The translations under genes and the position numbers were made by a program. Below, piece by piece: positions 1 to 9,616 of a stretch of DNA of 64,000 nucleotides. The notes under the pieces were generated by a model. That model made no database searches, had not been told where the DNA came from, and saw nothing but the letters and a program-made list of their open reading frames with translations. The DNA lies in the NCBI GenBank assembly GCA_040217195.1, contig JAVJNR010000004.1:864001-928000 (forward strand), given 5' to 3'. Numbering within the stretch: position 1 is the stretch's first letter; every line of letters begins with the position of its first letter. The DNA comes from Leptospiraceae bacterium (GTDB lineage Bacteria; Spirochaetota; Leptospiria; Leptospirales; Leptonemataceae).

Positions 1-416
1 AGCTCCCTGTCGCTGGCCTCTCGCACGGAGCCAGAGGAACGATACCGATCAGCAACCGGGCCAACTGCCATAGGCGAAGCGAGAATTGCTGAGAATTCTC
101 GCTGCAGCCCTTCCTGCCCTTCCCGGGGCAGATTGGGGCCTCCAACAACGGCCACCTTTGGATCTTCAAATAGACTCAATGCCCTTTGAAAGTTCTGTGG
201 CTCCGGCTCGGAATCGTTGTCCAGAAAATATATGAACGGACTGTTGCTCTCCCGGATGCATGCATTCCTCTGTACCGATGGATGATTTCCCGAAACGGTG
301 AAGAGCTCCAGGTCAATGCCAGTACGATCCATCTGCTTTAGATGAAATACGGCCTCTTCCAGAGACTCTTCTTTTCGATGAGGAATGATTACAGTAAGGC
401 CCGATGCCTGAGACAT
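1..416 (-). CDS. Glycosyltransferase family 2 (partial, runs off window start)
   Basis: Not in ORF track; manual translation from ATG 416 gives MSQASGLTVIIPHRKEE...SVQRNACI...YFLDNDSEP...VAVVGGP, with GT-A 'VIIP', 'RN' and DxD motifs. Confidence 0.8.
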   Translation of the reverse strand, partial: MSQASGLTVIIPHRKEESLEEAVFHLKQMDRTGIDLELFTVSGNHPSVQRNACIRESNSPFIYFLDNDSEPEPQNFQRALSLFEDPKVAVVGGPNLPREGQEGLQREFSAILASPMAVGPVADRYRSSGSVREASDRE

Positions 417-442
417 GGGCCATTCCTGTAGAAAATGCAACC

Positions 443-1537
443 TCAGGCGAGGATTTTTTTAGCTACCAGGCCAGCAGCTCTGGTGCCTGCTTTAGTAAAC
501 TCACCTGCATTGAAGCTAATGTTGCAGCTTGCATTGCATTCATGGGTACAGAAACACTTGGTGTCTACTACCCAGTCCGCGATCTCTTTATTCCTTTTGC
601 TGAACCAGAGTTTGCGAAAATCCATGTCGAAATCTCGAATATTTCCAATAAACTTTTCTGGTCCAAACATTTCGCAGGGGTACACATCTCCGTTGGGATA
701 GAGCACTCCGAAAATGCGAGATGCATAGCATAGAGTCTGAAACTTCTTCTCTTCGTATGTCTTTAGAATTAGATCATACCTGCGAGTGGACATAGCAGCC
801 AGGAAGGGATCAAAGCCGGGAAGCTTGGCATCCATCAAATCGCTTTTAATTCTCTGAGTCACCTTTCGGAACTTATTGATATCGATGTTTTTAACGGCCG
901 GGTCTTTCGGGGTACCTCGGATCAGGTTAATGGTGACGTTATCCGGGCCTTGATCTTTCAGATGATCGTAAACATCATCAATCTGGTCCTGGTTGGTAGC
1001 AGTAAATGTGGTGATGAATCCCATTCGAAGGTTCTTGTACTCCTTCTTCATTGGCTTCAATTCATCGAAAGTCTTCATGGTTGTTCGAAACAACCCTGAT
1101 CCGCCTTTTCCACCTGAGCGAATTCGGTTGTGCTCATCTTCCAGGCCATCCACTGAGAAGTTGAGAGTTACCAGCATATCCGGGCACTTCTCCAGCAACC
1201 TTGGAAGTATCTCCTGAGTTTTCTTCAGATAGGTTCCGTTTGTGGGAATGGTCAGATAGTTGGTCTGATTATGTTTGTAAAAAGCATGGGTAACGTCATC
1301 CAGATCATCCCTGAGAAAAGGCTCTCCACCGCTGTAATTCAAGACCGGAAAGGGATCCATTGTAGAAGCCATTTGATCTATTTCATCTACGGTCATTTCC
1401 TGAGTGGGCAGATTCAATTCAGCTGAATAGAAGCAATGTTCGCATTTCAGGTTGCAACGATTGGTGACAAAGAAAGTTAAATAGAGAGGTGTTCGGCCCC
1501 CTTTGTAAAACAAACGGGGAATATAACGTGCTAGCAT
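443..1537 (-). CDS. Radical SAM protein with SPASM/twitch domain
   Basis: CNLKCEHC (CxxxCxxC), SGGEP, TNG, SVDG; C-terminal CYAS...GDVYPCE...CFCTHECNASC. Confidence 0.9.
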   Translation of the reverse strand: MLARYIPRLFYKGGRTPLYLTFFVTNRCNLKCEHCFYSAELNLPTQEMTVDEIDQMASTMDPFPVLNYSGGEPFLRDDLDDVTHAFYKHNQTNYLTIPTNGTYLKKTQEILPRLLEKCPDMLVTLNFSVDGLEDEHNRIRSGGKGGSGLFRTTMKTFDELKPMKKEYKNLRMGFITTFTATNQDQIDDVYDHLKDQGPDNVTINLIRGTPKDPAVKNIDINKFRKVTQRIKSDLMDAKLPGFDPFLAAMSTRRYDLILKTYEEKKFQTLCYASRIFGVLYPNGDVYPCEMFGPEKFIGNIRDFDMDFRKLWFSKRNKEIADWVVDTKCFCTHECNASCNISFNAGEFTKAGTRAAGLVAKKILA

Positions 1538-1765
1538 GAAGTCCTCCAGAGCTTACATCCATCCGGGATGCAGGTTCGGATTCTAATAAAGATTTTTCTA
1601 GTAAAAGACCTTTTAACAGTCTTGCGACAGTTAAAGGTACCCCCGGGCCTGCAGGCAACCCTTTTTTGCACTGCACTATAAGCTTCCACCCGGATCCTAA
1701 GACAGATTGGCCATGTCCTGGCAGCCTTCAAATCAATTGCAAAAATCCGCACACTGGTACAACGT

Positions 1766-1789
1766 AAAACGGCGCCCTGAAGGACGCCG
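1766..1789 (-). terminator. Intrinsic terminator after flaA1
   Basis: Minus strand CGGCGTCCT-TC-AGGGCGCCG followed by TTTT; a second hairpin lies at 1798-1819. Confidence 0.65.
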
Positions 1790-1834
1790 AGTTCAACCGG
1801 ATGCCCCCCCGGGCATCCGAAAATTCAATAAGCC

Positions 1835-2863
1835 TTAATTTGGCTGATCGTTCAATGGCTTGGCCGGCCCAGGAGCCTGGCTGCAATCCTTCAGTTCAAT
1901 GGAATCCGGATTTCTGGCATGCTTTCGAATCATGTTCAGCAATTTATTCTTTCGCTGACAGTCTGCTTCATCGAAGTCCAGACCGGCACCATCAAAGTGC
2001 ACTTCGAATACGTTGGTAAGAATTCTAAGTTCATCAAAGAATATGTATACCGTTTCCAGTGAAGTTTCAGGAGTTGATCGCAGCTTGAACTGTCGGAACA
2101 CCAGGTTCTTGGTTTGTGGAAATGAGCTTACATCCTGAGGAACCTGACGTGGAATTTCCACACTTAGAGGTCTCCATCCTACGAAATCCACGGAACCGAA
2201 ATCGTAAATATGAGTATCTCCTTTCCAGTCCTCAATCCAGCCTTCCAGCTTGTATTCGTTTCCACGGCCCAGCACCCATACCGAAACCTGCTTAACCTGT
2301 CCGGGCAATTCCACTCCAGTAACACAGTCTACCATTTGAGCGCGATTGGTGTCCTTGCCGCCGGACAGCGCTTCATTGTCATAGCAACTTCTCTTCTGAT
2401 ATCCTTCAGCCAGAGCCAGCTCATTTAGATAAGGTCGAGGACGCTCCACAGTGTACTGATCCACAGATGGTGGTCGCACAGTTACTGTATTGTATCCGGG
2501 AAAAGTGAATGCATACTTAATACCAAGCACTCGGGCCTGCTCATAGCCTTCATTCTCTTTGATGTCCCGGGGGGTGCCCTTGATCAGTTTAACTTCTCTT
2601 TCAGACTGCAGGTTGGAAGCTTTTGGCTGATAGGGCCCTTTGGCTTTCACATCCTTATCGGTTAGCACTTCCCAGCCGTATCCTCCGCCCGAGTAGTCTC
2701 GATCCCAGCTCTCCACGGTAATGGCGCGAAGCTCTGCAGAACTAACATCGCTACCTACGGCGGTTTCAACGCCGGCCTGACCGGTTACGGCAAACCCTCC
2801 CAGGAGGGCAGCGACAGACAGAGCGCCTGCCACAGTAGTATAAGTTTTCCAGTTTGCTTTCAT
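1835..2863 (-). CDS. flaA1: Endoflagellar filament sheath protein FlaA1
   Basis: Signal peptide; [39 protein letters not shown]...FEVHFDGA match leptospiral FlaA1; downstream of flaA2. Confidence 0.85.
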   Translation of the reverse strand: MKANWKTYTTVAGALSVAALLGGFAVTGQAGVETAVGSDVSSAELRAITVESWDRDYSGGGYGWEVLTDKDVKAKGPYQPKASNLQSEREVKLIKGTPRDIKENEGYEQARVLGIKYAFTFPGYNTVTVRPPSVDQYTVERPRPYLNELALAEGYQKRSCYDNEALSGGKDTNRAQMVDCVTGVELPGQVKQVSVWVLGRGNEYKLEGWIEDWKGDTHIYDFGSVDFVGWRPLSVEIPRQVPQDVSSFPQTKNLVFRQFKLRSTPETSLETVYIFFDELRILTNVFEVHFDGAGLDFDEADCQRKNKLLNMIRKHARNPDSIELKDCSQAPGPAKPLNDQPN

Positions 2864-2890
2864 AGATCTATCCCCAATTCGATCCCAATC

Positions 2891-3598
2891 TTACCAGTTG
2901 TCCTTGATCTCGGATCCCGGGTATTGCTGCTCGCTTTGATCCACCAGAACTTTCAATCCATCTACATAGAAGTAAAAAGTTCCGGGGACTTCATGCACAT
3001 CGTGCGTAACGAATAAACTTACGAAGTGCAAATTCTTATCCAGTAATGAATAACGTGTGCTCTGCGGTAGCCAACCAGGAACAGTTACGGTCAGCTTTCT
3101 CCATCCGAAGAAATCCAGCCGTCCCATCTCCAGCTTATGAAGCTTGCCGCGATAGTCGCGCACCTTAAGACTCAGAGTATGACGAAAGTTTCGGCCCAGA
3201 ACCCATACTGAGAACTGTCTTGCCTTTCCCTTAATCACATATTCATGTGGTGGCATGATCTCTACTCGATCAAAGCCTCGATCATCGAAAAAAGTTTTCA
3301 CTCCAAGAATGTGATTTGGATTATCCGGATTTTGCTGAAGGCTTAATGCTTCTTCTTCCGGAGGCCTTGCATTCTCATCGTCCGTGGCCCGGATTTCACC
3401 GCGCTGGACGATTTTCAATGTTTTAGTCTCGCCAAGCGGAGACGTTGAGTCCGCAATCCAATCCTCTGCTTCTTCGAAGGTCTCCAGGTCCATTAGCTGC
3501 AGCGGACTCTGGTTGGAAGGCTGCTGCGCCGGATCCTCTGCGAATATCGCATGAGAAGTTAGATAAATAGCGAGGAGTAAAAACATCCGTGTTTTCAT
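2891..3598 (-). CDS. flaA2: Endoflagellar filament sheath protein FlaA2
   Basis: Start reassigned to ATG 3598 (AGGAG upstream); signal peptide; WVLGRNFRH, GRLDFFGWRKL, C-terminal YPGSEIKDNW. Confidence 0.88.
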   Translation of the reverse strand: MKTRMFLLLAIYLTSHAIFAEDPAQQPSNQSPLQLMDLETFEEAEDWIADSTSPLGETKTLKIVQRGEIRATDDENARPPEEEALSLQQNPDNPNHILGVKTFFDDRGFDRVEIMPPHEYVIKGKARQFSVWVLGRNFRHTLSLKVRDYRGKLHKLEMGRLDFFGWRKLTVTVPGWLPQSTRYSLLDKNLHFVSLFVTHDVHEVPGTFYFYVDGLKVLVDQSEQQYPGSEIKDNW

Positions 3599-3730
3599 AT
3601 AAGTGCTCCTAATACTGGTCCTTTCTTTTATCGGTGGAATTGAAAGCAAACCTGGCATATGCCCGGGATTTTTCGGTCTAAAAAAGAAAAAAGCAATCGT
3701 TTTCTGCCACCCAGTTTTCATACACAGTTC

Positions 3731-4909
3731 ATGACATCGGCAGTTATCATCGACGGAATGAGGTCTCCTTTTGGGAATTTTGGAGGCTTTTTAAGGGACA
3801 TAAGTCCCGCGGACCTGGGGGCCCATGTGGTACAGGGGGCCATTCAGAGAGCCGGCCTACCTGCAAAAGAAATAAGAGAAATCATCATGGGCAACGTGCT
3901 ACAGACAAATGGACAGAGCGCCTATGTGGCCCGGCATGCTGGACTTAAAGCCGGCATGGACATCCGAGTGCCTGCGTTGACTGTGAACCGACTGTGCGGC
4001 TCCGGTATGGAATCCGTGGCCATCGCCGCAGCCAACATCTTACTGGGGCATACCAGGACTGCCGTGGCCGGTGGCGTAGAAGTAATGAGCCAGGTGCCGC
4101 ATACAACCCAGGCAATTCGCCGTGGCGTAAAGATGGGTAATCTGGAGCTAGAAGATATGCTAACCAACGGTTTGTTCGATGGCATGGCCGGTGTGGCCAT
4201 GGGAGGCACAGCCGAGAATCTGGCTCTGGACTACCAGATTAGCAGGGAAAAACAGGATGAGTGGGCTCTAATCTCACAGACCAGAGCTGAGCAAGCACGG
4301 GAAGCTGGCTACCTGGCAGAGGAGATTGCTCCTCTGGAAGTTTCCGATGGTCGGGAAATGATCGATTTCACGGATGATGAATTTATCAAAGGGGCTGCAG
4401 TTAAAGACAAGCTTCCTCGTCTAAAGCCTGCCTTTCAAAAGGAAGGCACAGTAACGCCTGGAAATTCATCCGGGATAAACGATGGAGCCTCGGCCATGGT
4501 TGTAACATCTGAAGATTACGCAAAAGAGAACGGCCTCAAACCTCTGGCTCGAATTCGCTCCTGGGCCACCGCCGGCTGCAGGCCCGATCGTATGGGTCTG
4601 GGGCCTGCATTTGCCATTCCTCTGGCTCTGGAACGAGCCGGTATTGCTGCAGAGGATGTGGATCTGTACGAAATCAATGAAGCTTTCGCGGCCCAGTTCC
4701 TGGCGGTTCAGGAAGAACTGGACCTGGATAAGGAACGCACCAATGTAAACGGTGGTGCCATTGCTCTTGGTCATCCTCTGGGAGCTTCGGGCAACCGTGT
4801 GCTTTTAACTTTGATTCGAGAACTGCAGCGCAGAAAGAAAAGCATTGGAGTGGCCTCTCTATGCATTGGTGGTGGTCAGGGCATTGCCATGGTTGTGGAG
4901 GCCATGTAG
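3731..4909 (+). CDS. Acetyl-CoA C-acyltransferase (thiolase)
   Basis: NRLCGSG, NEAFA, GHPLGASG, CIGGGQG; start at ATG 3731 avoids overlap with the flaA2 upstream region. Confidence 0.95.
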   Translation: MTSAVIIDGMRSPFGNFGGFLRDISPADLGAHVVQGAIQRAGLPAKEIREIIMGNVLQTNGQSAYVARHAGLKAGMDIRVPALTVNRLCGSGMESVAIAAANILLGHTRTAVAGGVEVMSQVPHTTQAIRRGVKMGNLELEDMLTNGLFDGMAGVAMGGTAENLALDYQISREKQDEWALISQTRAEQAREAGYLAEEIAPLEVSDGREMIDFTDDEFIKGAAVKDKLPRLKPAFQKEGTVTPGNSSGINDGASAMVVTSEDYAKENGLKPLARIRSWATAGCRPDRMGLGPAFAIPLALERAGIAAEDVDLYEINEAFAAQFLAVQEELDLDKERTNVNGGAIALGHPLGASGNRVLLTLIRELQRRKKSIGVASLCIGGGQGIAMVVEAM

Positions 4910-4989
4910 GAACCGGCTTTCCAATACAGCTAGCCGGGCTCGACCTGCGCGAGCCAGATTATCTCGAAAAATCAGTATTGCATTCACCC

Positions 4990-5026
4990 AAAAACCCGGC
5001 CAGCCATAATAATTACTGAGCCGGGT
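4990..5026 (-). terminator. Probable terminator between convergent genes
   Basis: ACCCGGC...GCCGGGT stem followed by TTTT on the minus strand. Confidence 0.5.
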
Positions 5027-5079
5027 GTGGGCTATAGACTCAAAGAATTGCCGCCCATGGACAAACCATCGTGAGCGGA

Positions 5080-5898
5080 TTATTTATCGGTTTTACTCAA
5101 GTTTGCCTTCTGGTGGCAGTTCCATTCAAAGATAAAGCTGCCAAAGGGAAACTGTGCCGCAACAAAGCCCATTACCATCCTCTTCCAGCTCCAACCAAGA
5201 AATATTCCGGTGAACAACAGAGAACCAACATAGAGCACAAACATCACTCCATGGATCCAGCCCACCAACCCCGTGCCATTATCCAGTACAATCTCCGCCG
5301 CATATTTGAGAGGCATGTAAATAAGCATCAGAAGGATGATTGAAAGCCCCTCAAATCGAGCTATCCATTGAAACCAGATCCAGGACTGCTTTGCATCCAG
5401 ACCGGTATGGATATTGAGGTTTGCTCTCTCCGTGCCTTCAGCAGAGGAGCGGTCGGACCGTTCGGTTTCTTTTTTTCGCGCCGCATACGGAACATAGAAT
5501 AGGGCCAGAGATAGAACGAACAGAATTATCTGAATCACTATCCAGACCAGAATAGACTCATCGCGCAACACCATGGAAATGATGGCTCCGGCCACCGAGG
5601 CTAAGGCCAGAGCGCCAAGCCATGCACGGTCAGTGGATCCATGAGCATATAGAGCATGTAGAAAAAGAGCCATTAAACTCCATCCAATGGCCCAGAAAAT
5701 CCAATCCTGGGAGAGTTGCTCTCTGGGCGAAGCCAGCATAGCATAGCCGGCAATCCAGGTTAATGCAAATCCTATGGAGGACCATTGCAGGCCACGAATT
5801 CTATTTCTACGCGTTGCAGTCGCCCCGCCAATAACACCGGAAACTAGCAGCGAAACAGCTAGAAGCTTAATCAGCCTCCAGATCAAATACTCATTCAT
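5080..5898 (-). CDS. Multi-pass membrane protein with C-terminal DUF3817-like domain
   Basis: Several hydrophobic segments; C-terminal FEGLS...MPLKY...GWIHG.MFVLY...PFGSF. Confidence 0.7.
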   Translation of the reverse strand: MNEYLIWRLIKLLAVSLLVSGVIGGATATRRNRIRGLQWSSIGFALTWIAGYAMLASPREQLSQDWIFWAIGWSLMALFLHALYAHGSTDRAWLGALALASVAGAIISMVLRDESILVWIVIQIILFVLSLALFYVPYAARKKETERSDRSSAEGTERANLNIHTGLDAKQSWIWFQWIARFEGLSIILLMLIYMPLKYAAEIVLDNGTGLVGWIHGVMFVLYVGSLLFTGIFLGWSWKRMVMGFVAAQFPFGSFIFEWNCHQKANLSKTDK

Positions 5899-5964
5899 AG
5901 GACCTCCAGAAGAAAATGGACTCCCTTATTGTACAGAAACTTTGATAAGTCGGCACTCATTGAT

Positions 5965-6747
5965 TCAGGACGGCGATGGAAACCTGGGCCTTCGCCCTTC
6001 CCGTGCTGCAGCCAGTCCTTCCTTCGCTTCCGGATGGTCCAGGGATTTCAGATTTTCTGCCAGGTCTCTTTTTAGCATTTCCTGAAATGCTGCGGGCTCC
6101 ATTCGACTGGCCTCCCGGATGCTGGCCAGACCGGCACTGGAGGATTTCTTGAACCTGGATGCAATGCTAAGACATTTCTTTTCGATTTCTAATTCGGGAT
6201 GCAATGAATCTGCGTATCCACAGGCAAGCGCTTCCTGGGATTTTAATGCGCTTCCCTCCAGGACCTGACGGTTTGCTTCAGCATATCCAACAACCTTTTG
6301 CATTTCATAGATTATTATAGAAGGAATCCTTACAGCCAGCTTCACCTCTGGCAACCCTACCCTTGCTCCGCTATCGGTCATCAATCGGTAGTCCCCCATC
6401 AGTGCCAGCATGCAGCCGTAGCCCAGAGCATGCCCGCGGATGCCCGAGATCACAGGCACTGGCATATTGTAGATTAGATTCAGGTTTTTATAGAATGAAT
6501 TGAGCACGGATTTAATGTCAGCACCTTCTCCCAGTCCAGTCAGATCCAGACCGGCCGAAAAGAAACCTTCGCGTTTACTAAGAAGCAGCAAGCTCTTGAT
6601 GCCTCCTGCATTTGCCTCTTTGTTCGCTTCCATCAGTGCCTCTGAAAGCTCATCCAGAGCGGCTGCTGTGAATGCATTATTCTCGCTTATGTCAAGATAC
6701 ACAGCACCTGCATTTTGTTCTACTTTTTCAAATTGAATACTTCCCAC
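5965..6747 (-). CDS. Enoyl-CoA hydratase/isomerase (crotonase) family
   Basis: FSAGLDL, GHALGYG, GLPEVKL; GTG start at 6747 with GGAGGG upstream. Confidence 0.9.
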   Translation of the reverse strand: MGSIQFEKVEQNAGAVYLDISENNAFTAAALDELSEALMEANKEANAGGIKSLLLLSKREGFFSAGLDLTGLGEGADIKSVLNSFYKNLNLIYNMPVPVISGIRGHALGYGCMLALMGDYRLMTDSGARVGLPEVKLAVRIPSIIIYEMQKVVGYAEANRQVLEGSALKSQEALACGYADSLHPELEIEKKCLSIASRFKKSSSAGLASIREASRMEPAAFQEMLKRDLAENLKSLDHPEAKEGLAAAREGRRPRFPSPS

Positions 6748-6800
6748 GATCTGTCCCTCCAAAAAAGTTTGACTCTTTGATGTCAGATTACAAGATAATA

Positions 6801-6818
6801 TAGTGGGACGTCCAACTA
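6801..6818. promoter_or_regulatory. Candidate MarR operator palindrome
   Basis: TAGTGGGACGTCCAACTA matches its reverse complement at 16/18 positions; sits between divergent crotonase and MarR genes. Confidence 0.55.
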
Positions 6819-7273
6819 AAATCAGGCAGTACACTCTGAAATATGCCATGAGGATTTCAGAGTGGATAGAGGATTATATACGTCGTGAGTTGATTGCCCT
6901 GAATTATCCAGAGCTTGTGCTATCCCATTGCGAAATTCTAACATTCTTGAAACGAAAAGGGGCCAAAACTCAGGGAGAACTGGCCAGGGCCATTCATCGA
7001 GACAAATCCACTGTTTCTACTCTGGTCCGGAAACTGGCTCTACTGAAGCTAATTGAAATAGAAAAGAACCCTTCGGACGGTCGATCCAGAATTGTAAATC
7101 TCACCGACTCAGGACGAGTGCTGGCCAGGAAGCTTGCTTTGCGGTATGCAGCCTTGCAACGAGAAGTGGGACGGGTTCTCAATCAGCAGCAGAAAAGTGA
7201 CTTCTTCAAAATTACAGAAAGGCTATTCTCCCAGGCCATAGATACGCAGAAAATGCCCGGGGAACATCCATAG
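6803..7273 (+). CDS. MarR family transcriptional regulator (true start may be ATG 6848)
   Basis: TQGELARAIHRDKSTVSTLVRKL...DGRSRIVNLTDSG winged HTH. Confidence 0.9.
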   Translation: MGRPTKIRQYTLKYAMRISEWIEDYIRRELIALNYPELVLSHCEILTFLKRKGAKTQGELARAIHRDKSTVSTLVRKLALLKLIEIEKNPSDGRSRIVNLTDSGRVLARKLALRYAALQREVGRVLNQQQKSDFFKITERLFSQAIDTQKMPGEHP

Positions 7274-7401
7274 AGGCCGAAACAATCGCATTTGATCAGT
7301 GCCTGGCCTGGGCTTTTTTCCAGCGGGGATGATGCCCGCCAGGGGATGTACGGAAAATGCATTTACAGCCGGTCCGGTGGATTCCTGGCTCCAGAAATTA
7401 G

Positions 7402-8334
7402 TTATTTCGGAGGATCAACCAGGGTCCAGAAATCGTTCCAGTTGGCTTCTGTCAGGTTGTGACCTTCGCCCGGATAAATCTTGAATACAGGTTCCACTTT
7501 CGCATACATTCTAAAGAAATCTGCAGCAATGGGCGCCTGTTGCCTGACTCTGGGAACATCTTTTTCCCCAACTGCGATGAACAAAACTTTATCGCGAACC
7601 AGTCGATTCCATCCTTCCTGATACTCCTCTACAAACGGATTCATATCCACGTAGCCTTCATAGTAGTTTCCTTTAAAGCTTGCGAAGCCCGCATAGTCAA
7701 AGAGGTTCATTTCGACTCCGCCGGTTTGGCTGTAATAGTGCTTCACAACTTCATCTTCGTCCACTCCATCCATTTGCTCTGCATAGAGTGCGATTGACTG
7801 ATCATCAAACTGATTGAGACTGTTCACAAATGCCAGAACGGCAACATAGCCTCCGGCAGAGAAACCAATTGGATAAACCCGGTCTGGATCGAATATATCA
7901 TCGTCTTTCAGATTATTTAGAATGAGATTCACTGCCATCCTGGAATCGTTTGCGCCGCGAACATCTCCATTTCCCAGGGACCACCAATTCTGTGCACTGA
8001 TTAGAATAAATCCAAACTTCTGGGCTCTGTTCTTCATGTAATCGACTGAGTCTCGATAGTAGCCACGGTCCCTGGTATTTCCATGAAAGAACACAAGAAC
8101 GGGCCTATCTTTTCCTGCAACACCCACAGGAATAAAAACCATTACTTTTACAGATCCGGGGGCCTGCGAGTATCCACTAAAATTCACGGTGAGGTCATAT
8201 TCACCTGGTTTTCCATTTTTCAGCGGCGACGGGATGGAAACGGACTGAGCCTGGATGGGAGCATGGGCAAACCCCAACGCTATCAGAGTCAGTATTAAAA
8301 CGCTTGTGAAGAATCCGATTTCCTTTTTCCGCAT
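7402..8334 (-). CDS. Secreted alpha/beta hydrolase (esterase-like)
   Basis: Signal peptide; FFHG, GFSAGG nucleophile, GEKD, GEGHNL triad. Confidence 0.8.
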   Translation of the reverse strand: MRKKEIGFFTSVLILTLIALGFAHAPIQAQSVSIPSPLKNGKPGEYDLTVNFSGYSQAPGSVKVMVFIPVGVAGKDRPVLVFFHGNTRDRGYYRDSVDYMKNRAQKFGFILISAQNWWSLGNGDVRGANDSRMAVNLILNNLKDDDIFDPDRVYPIGFSAGGYVAVLAFVNSLNQFDDQSIALYAEQMDGVDEDEVVKHYYSQTGGVEMNLFDYAGFASFKGNYYEGYVDMNPFVEEYQEGWNRLVRDKVLFIAVGEKDVPRVRQQAPIAADFFRMYAKVEPVFKIYPGEGHNLTEANWNDFWTLVDPPK

Positions 8335-8404
8335 GTTCGCCTCCGCTGTCTTTCATAGGACGCGAAAAATGGCTCCCACAGGGGCCAGGTGGTGCAAGAA
8401 TGAT

Positions 8405-9616
8405 TTATTCTTCCGGTTTTTCTGATTTTTCTGGCTGTTTTTCCGGTAGTTTTTCGGGCAAGGCTGAGGCTGGCGTCATTCGTCTCACCAGTTCATTTAC
8501 CATGTTAGCTGTGAGAAAGCGCAACTGACGACCGGCGGTGGATTCTTTGATTTGAAGTGAGTTTTCGCTACGCCAGACAATTAGATCCATGTTGTTCACA
8601 GCTTCCACCCGATCCAGGGATTGCTGATCTGCATAGACCACAGAACCGGTGTAAGGGTCCACCAACCGAAGATTTACCGAGGCGCTGACTCGAAGTTCCA
8701 GGTCTTCTGTACCCAACCCCAGGTCCCAGAACTTTGAATCCGACGGTAAATAGATGGCCAGGCGAAGAAGTGTATGCAGAATAAAAGCACGGGTATCATC
8801 GTCTTTCACCACAAAGGCTGCGATTAAGAGCAAAGCCCAGAGAGGAACCTTCCAGTATTCCACATCCTTCTTGACTTCGAAATCTGTAATCTCTGCAAAA
8901 AGTAGATAGTCTACCTTTTGCTTTCTAAGTTCTTCTTTCTGCGGAAGACCTGCCGGACCGGTGGTAGAAAAAGCCGCAGGGCTAAGTATCTCAAACCGGT
9001 TGGTTTGCACCATATTGGATATGAGCACCTCTTTGAGGATTTCCCCACCATCCATAGTAGGTACATTTTCGCTATCGATGATAGTAACAGCGCTCTGTTC
9101 CAGGCCATCCACTGTGGCCCCGGGGATCATACGACCGGCAGCTACCTTTTCTTCAGAATCGAAATGACTCTGATTTTCTGGCTTTTCTTCAGGCTTGTCA
9201 TCCTCCGAATCGCCGCTTGATTTGTTCGGTTTCGTATGGCCCTTATTTCCAGCTGCAGATACGGCATCTTCTGAATCTGAGTCATTACTTTCATCCGAAT
9301 ACAGATCAAAGCTCGACTCGGCCGCCGGCTGCGGGGATTCCTGGGCAAAAGGATCCTTTTGCTTTCTGGGAGCTGTGCGAATCAGTCCTTTATGCTGTTC
9401 GTCTGAAATAAAATTCAGGCGCTGCATATCTGCAGAATTCTTGAACGTTACAGGCAATATCCGTATCTTTCGAGTATTGAGCGGAAGCTCATTAACCTCT
9501 GGTCCTTCCAGCGCTTCAAAGGATCGAAACGTACTGCAACTTGCTATACTTCCAATTAGAAGTAGCGCCACAGATTGGCGCAGTAGCTTAGTTCCGATAC
9601 TTACCATTCTGGACAA
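8405..9616 (-). CDS. CsgG/HfaB-like lipoprotein with acidic and hydrophobic insertions
   Basis: Lipobox IASC; ILPVTFKN, LISNMVQTNRFEIL, DYLLFAEITDFE, VNLRLVDPYTGSVV. Confidence 0.65.
   Translation of the reverse strand: MSRMVSIGTKLLRQSVALLLIGSIASCSTFRSFEALEGPEVNELPLNTRKIRILPVTFKNSADMQRLNFISDEQHKGLIRTAPRKQKDPFAQESPQPAAESSFDLYSDESNDSDSEDAVSAAGNKGHTKPNKSSGDSEDDKPEEKPENQSHFDSEEKVAAGRMIPGATVDGLEQSAVTIIDSENVPTMDGGEILKEVLISNMVQTNRFEILSPAAFSTTGPAGLPQKEELRKQKVDYLLFAEITDFEVKKDVEYWKVPLWALLLIAAFVVKDDDTRAFILHTLLRLAIYLPSDSKFWDLGLGTEDLELRVSASVNLRLVDPYTGSVVYADQQSLDRVEAVNNMDLIVWRSENSLQIKESTAGRQLRFLTANMVNELVRRMTPASALPEKLPEKQPEKSEKPEE

Noticed and set aside
3628..3655. sigma28 promoter for flaA2 (ACCGATAA on minus)
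   Set aside because: The -10 fits but there is no convincing TAAA -35 at the right spacing
3599..3730. Extended N-termini of flaA2 (to 3721) and thiolase (from 3659)
   Set aside because: They would overlap head-to-head; better starts exist at 3598 (SD, signal peptide) and 3731
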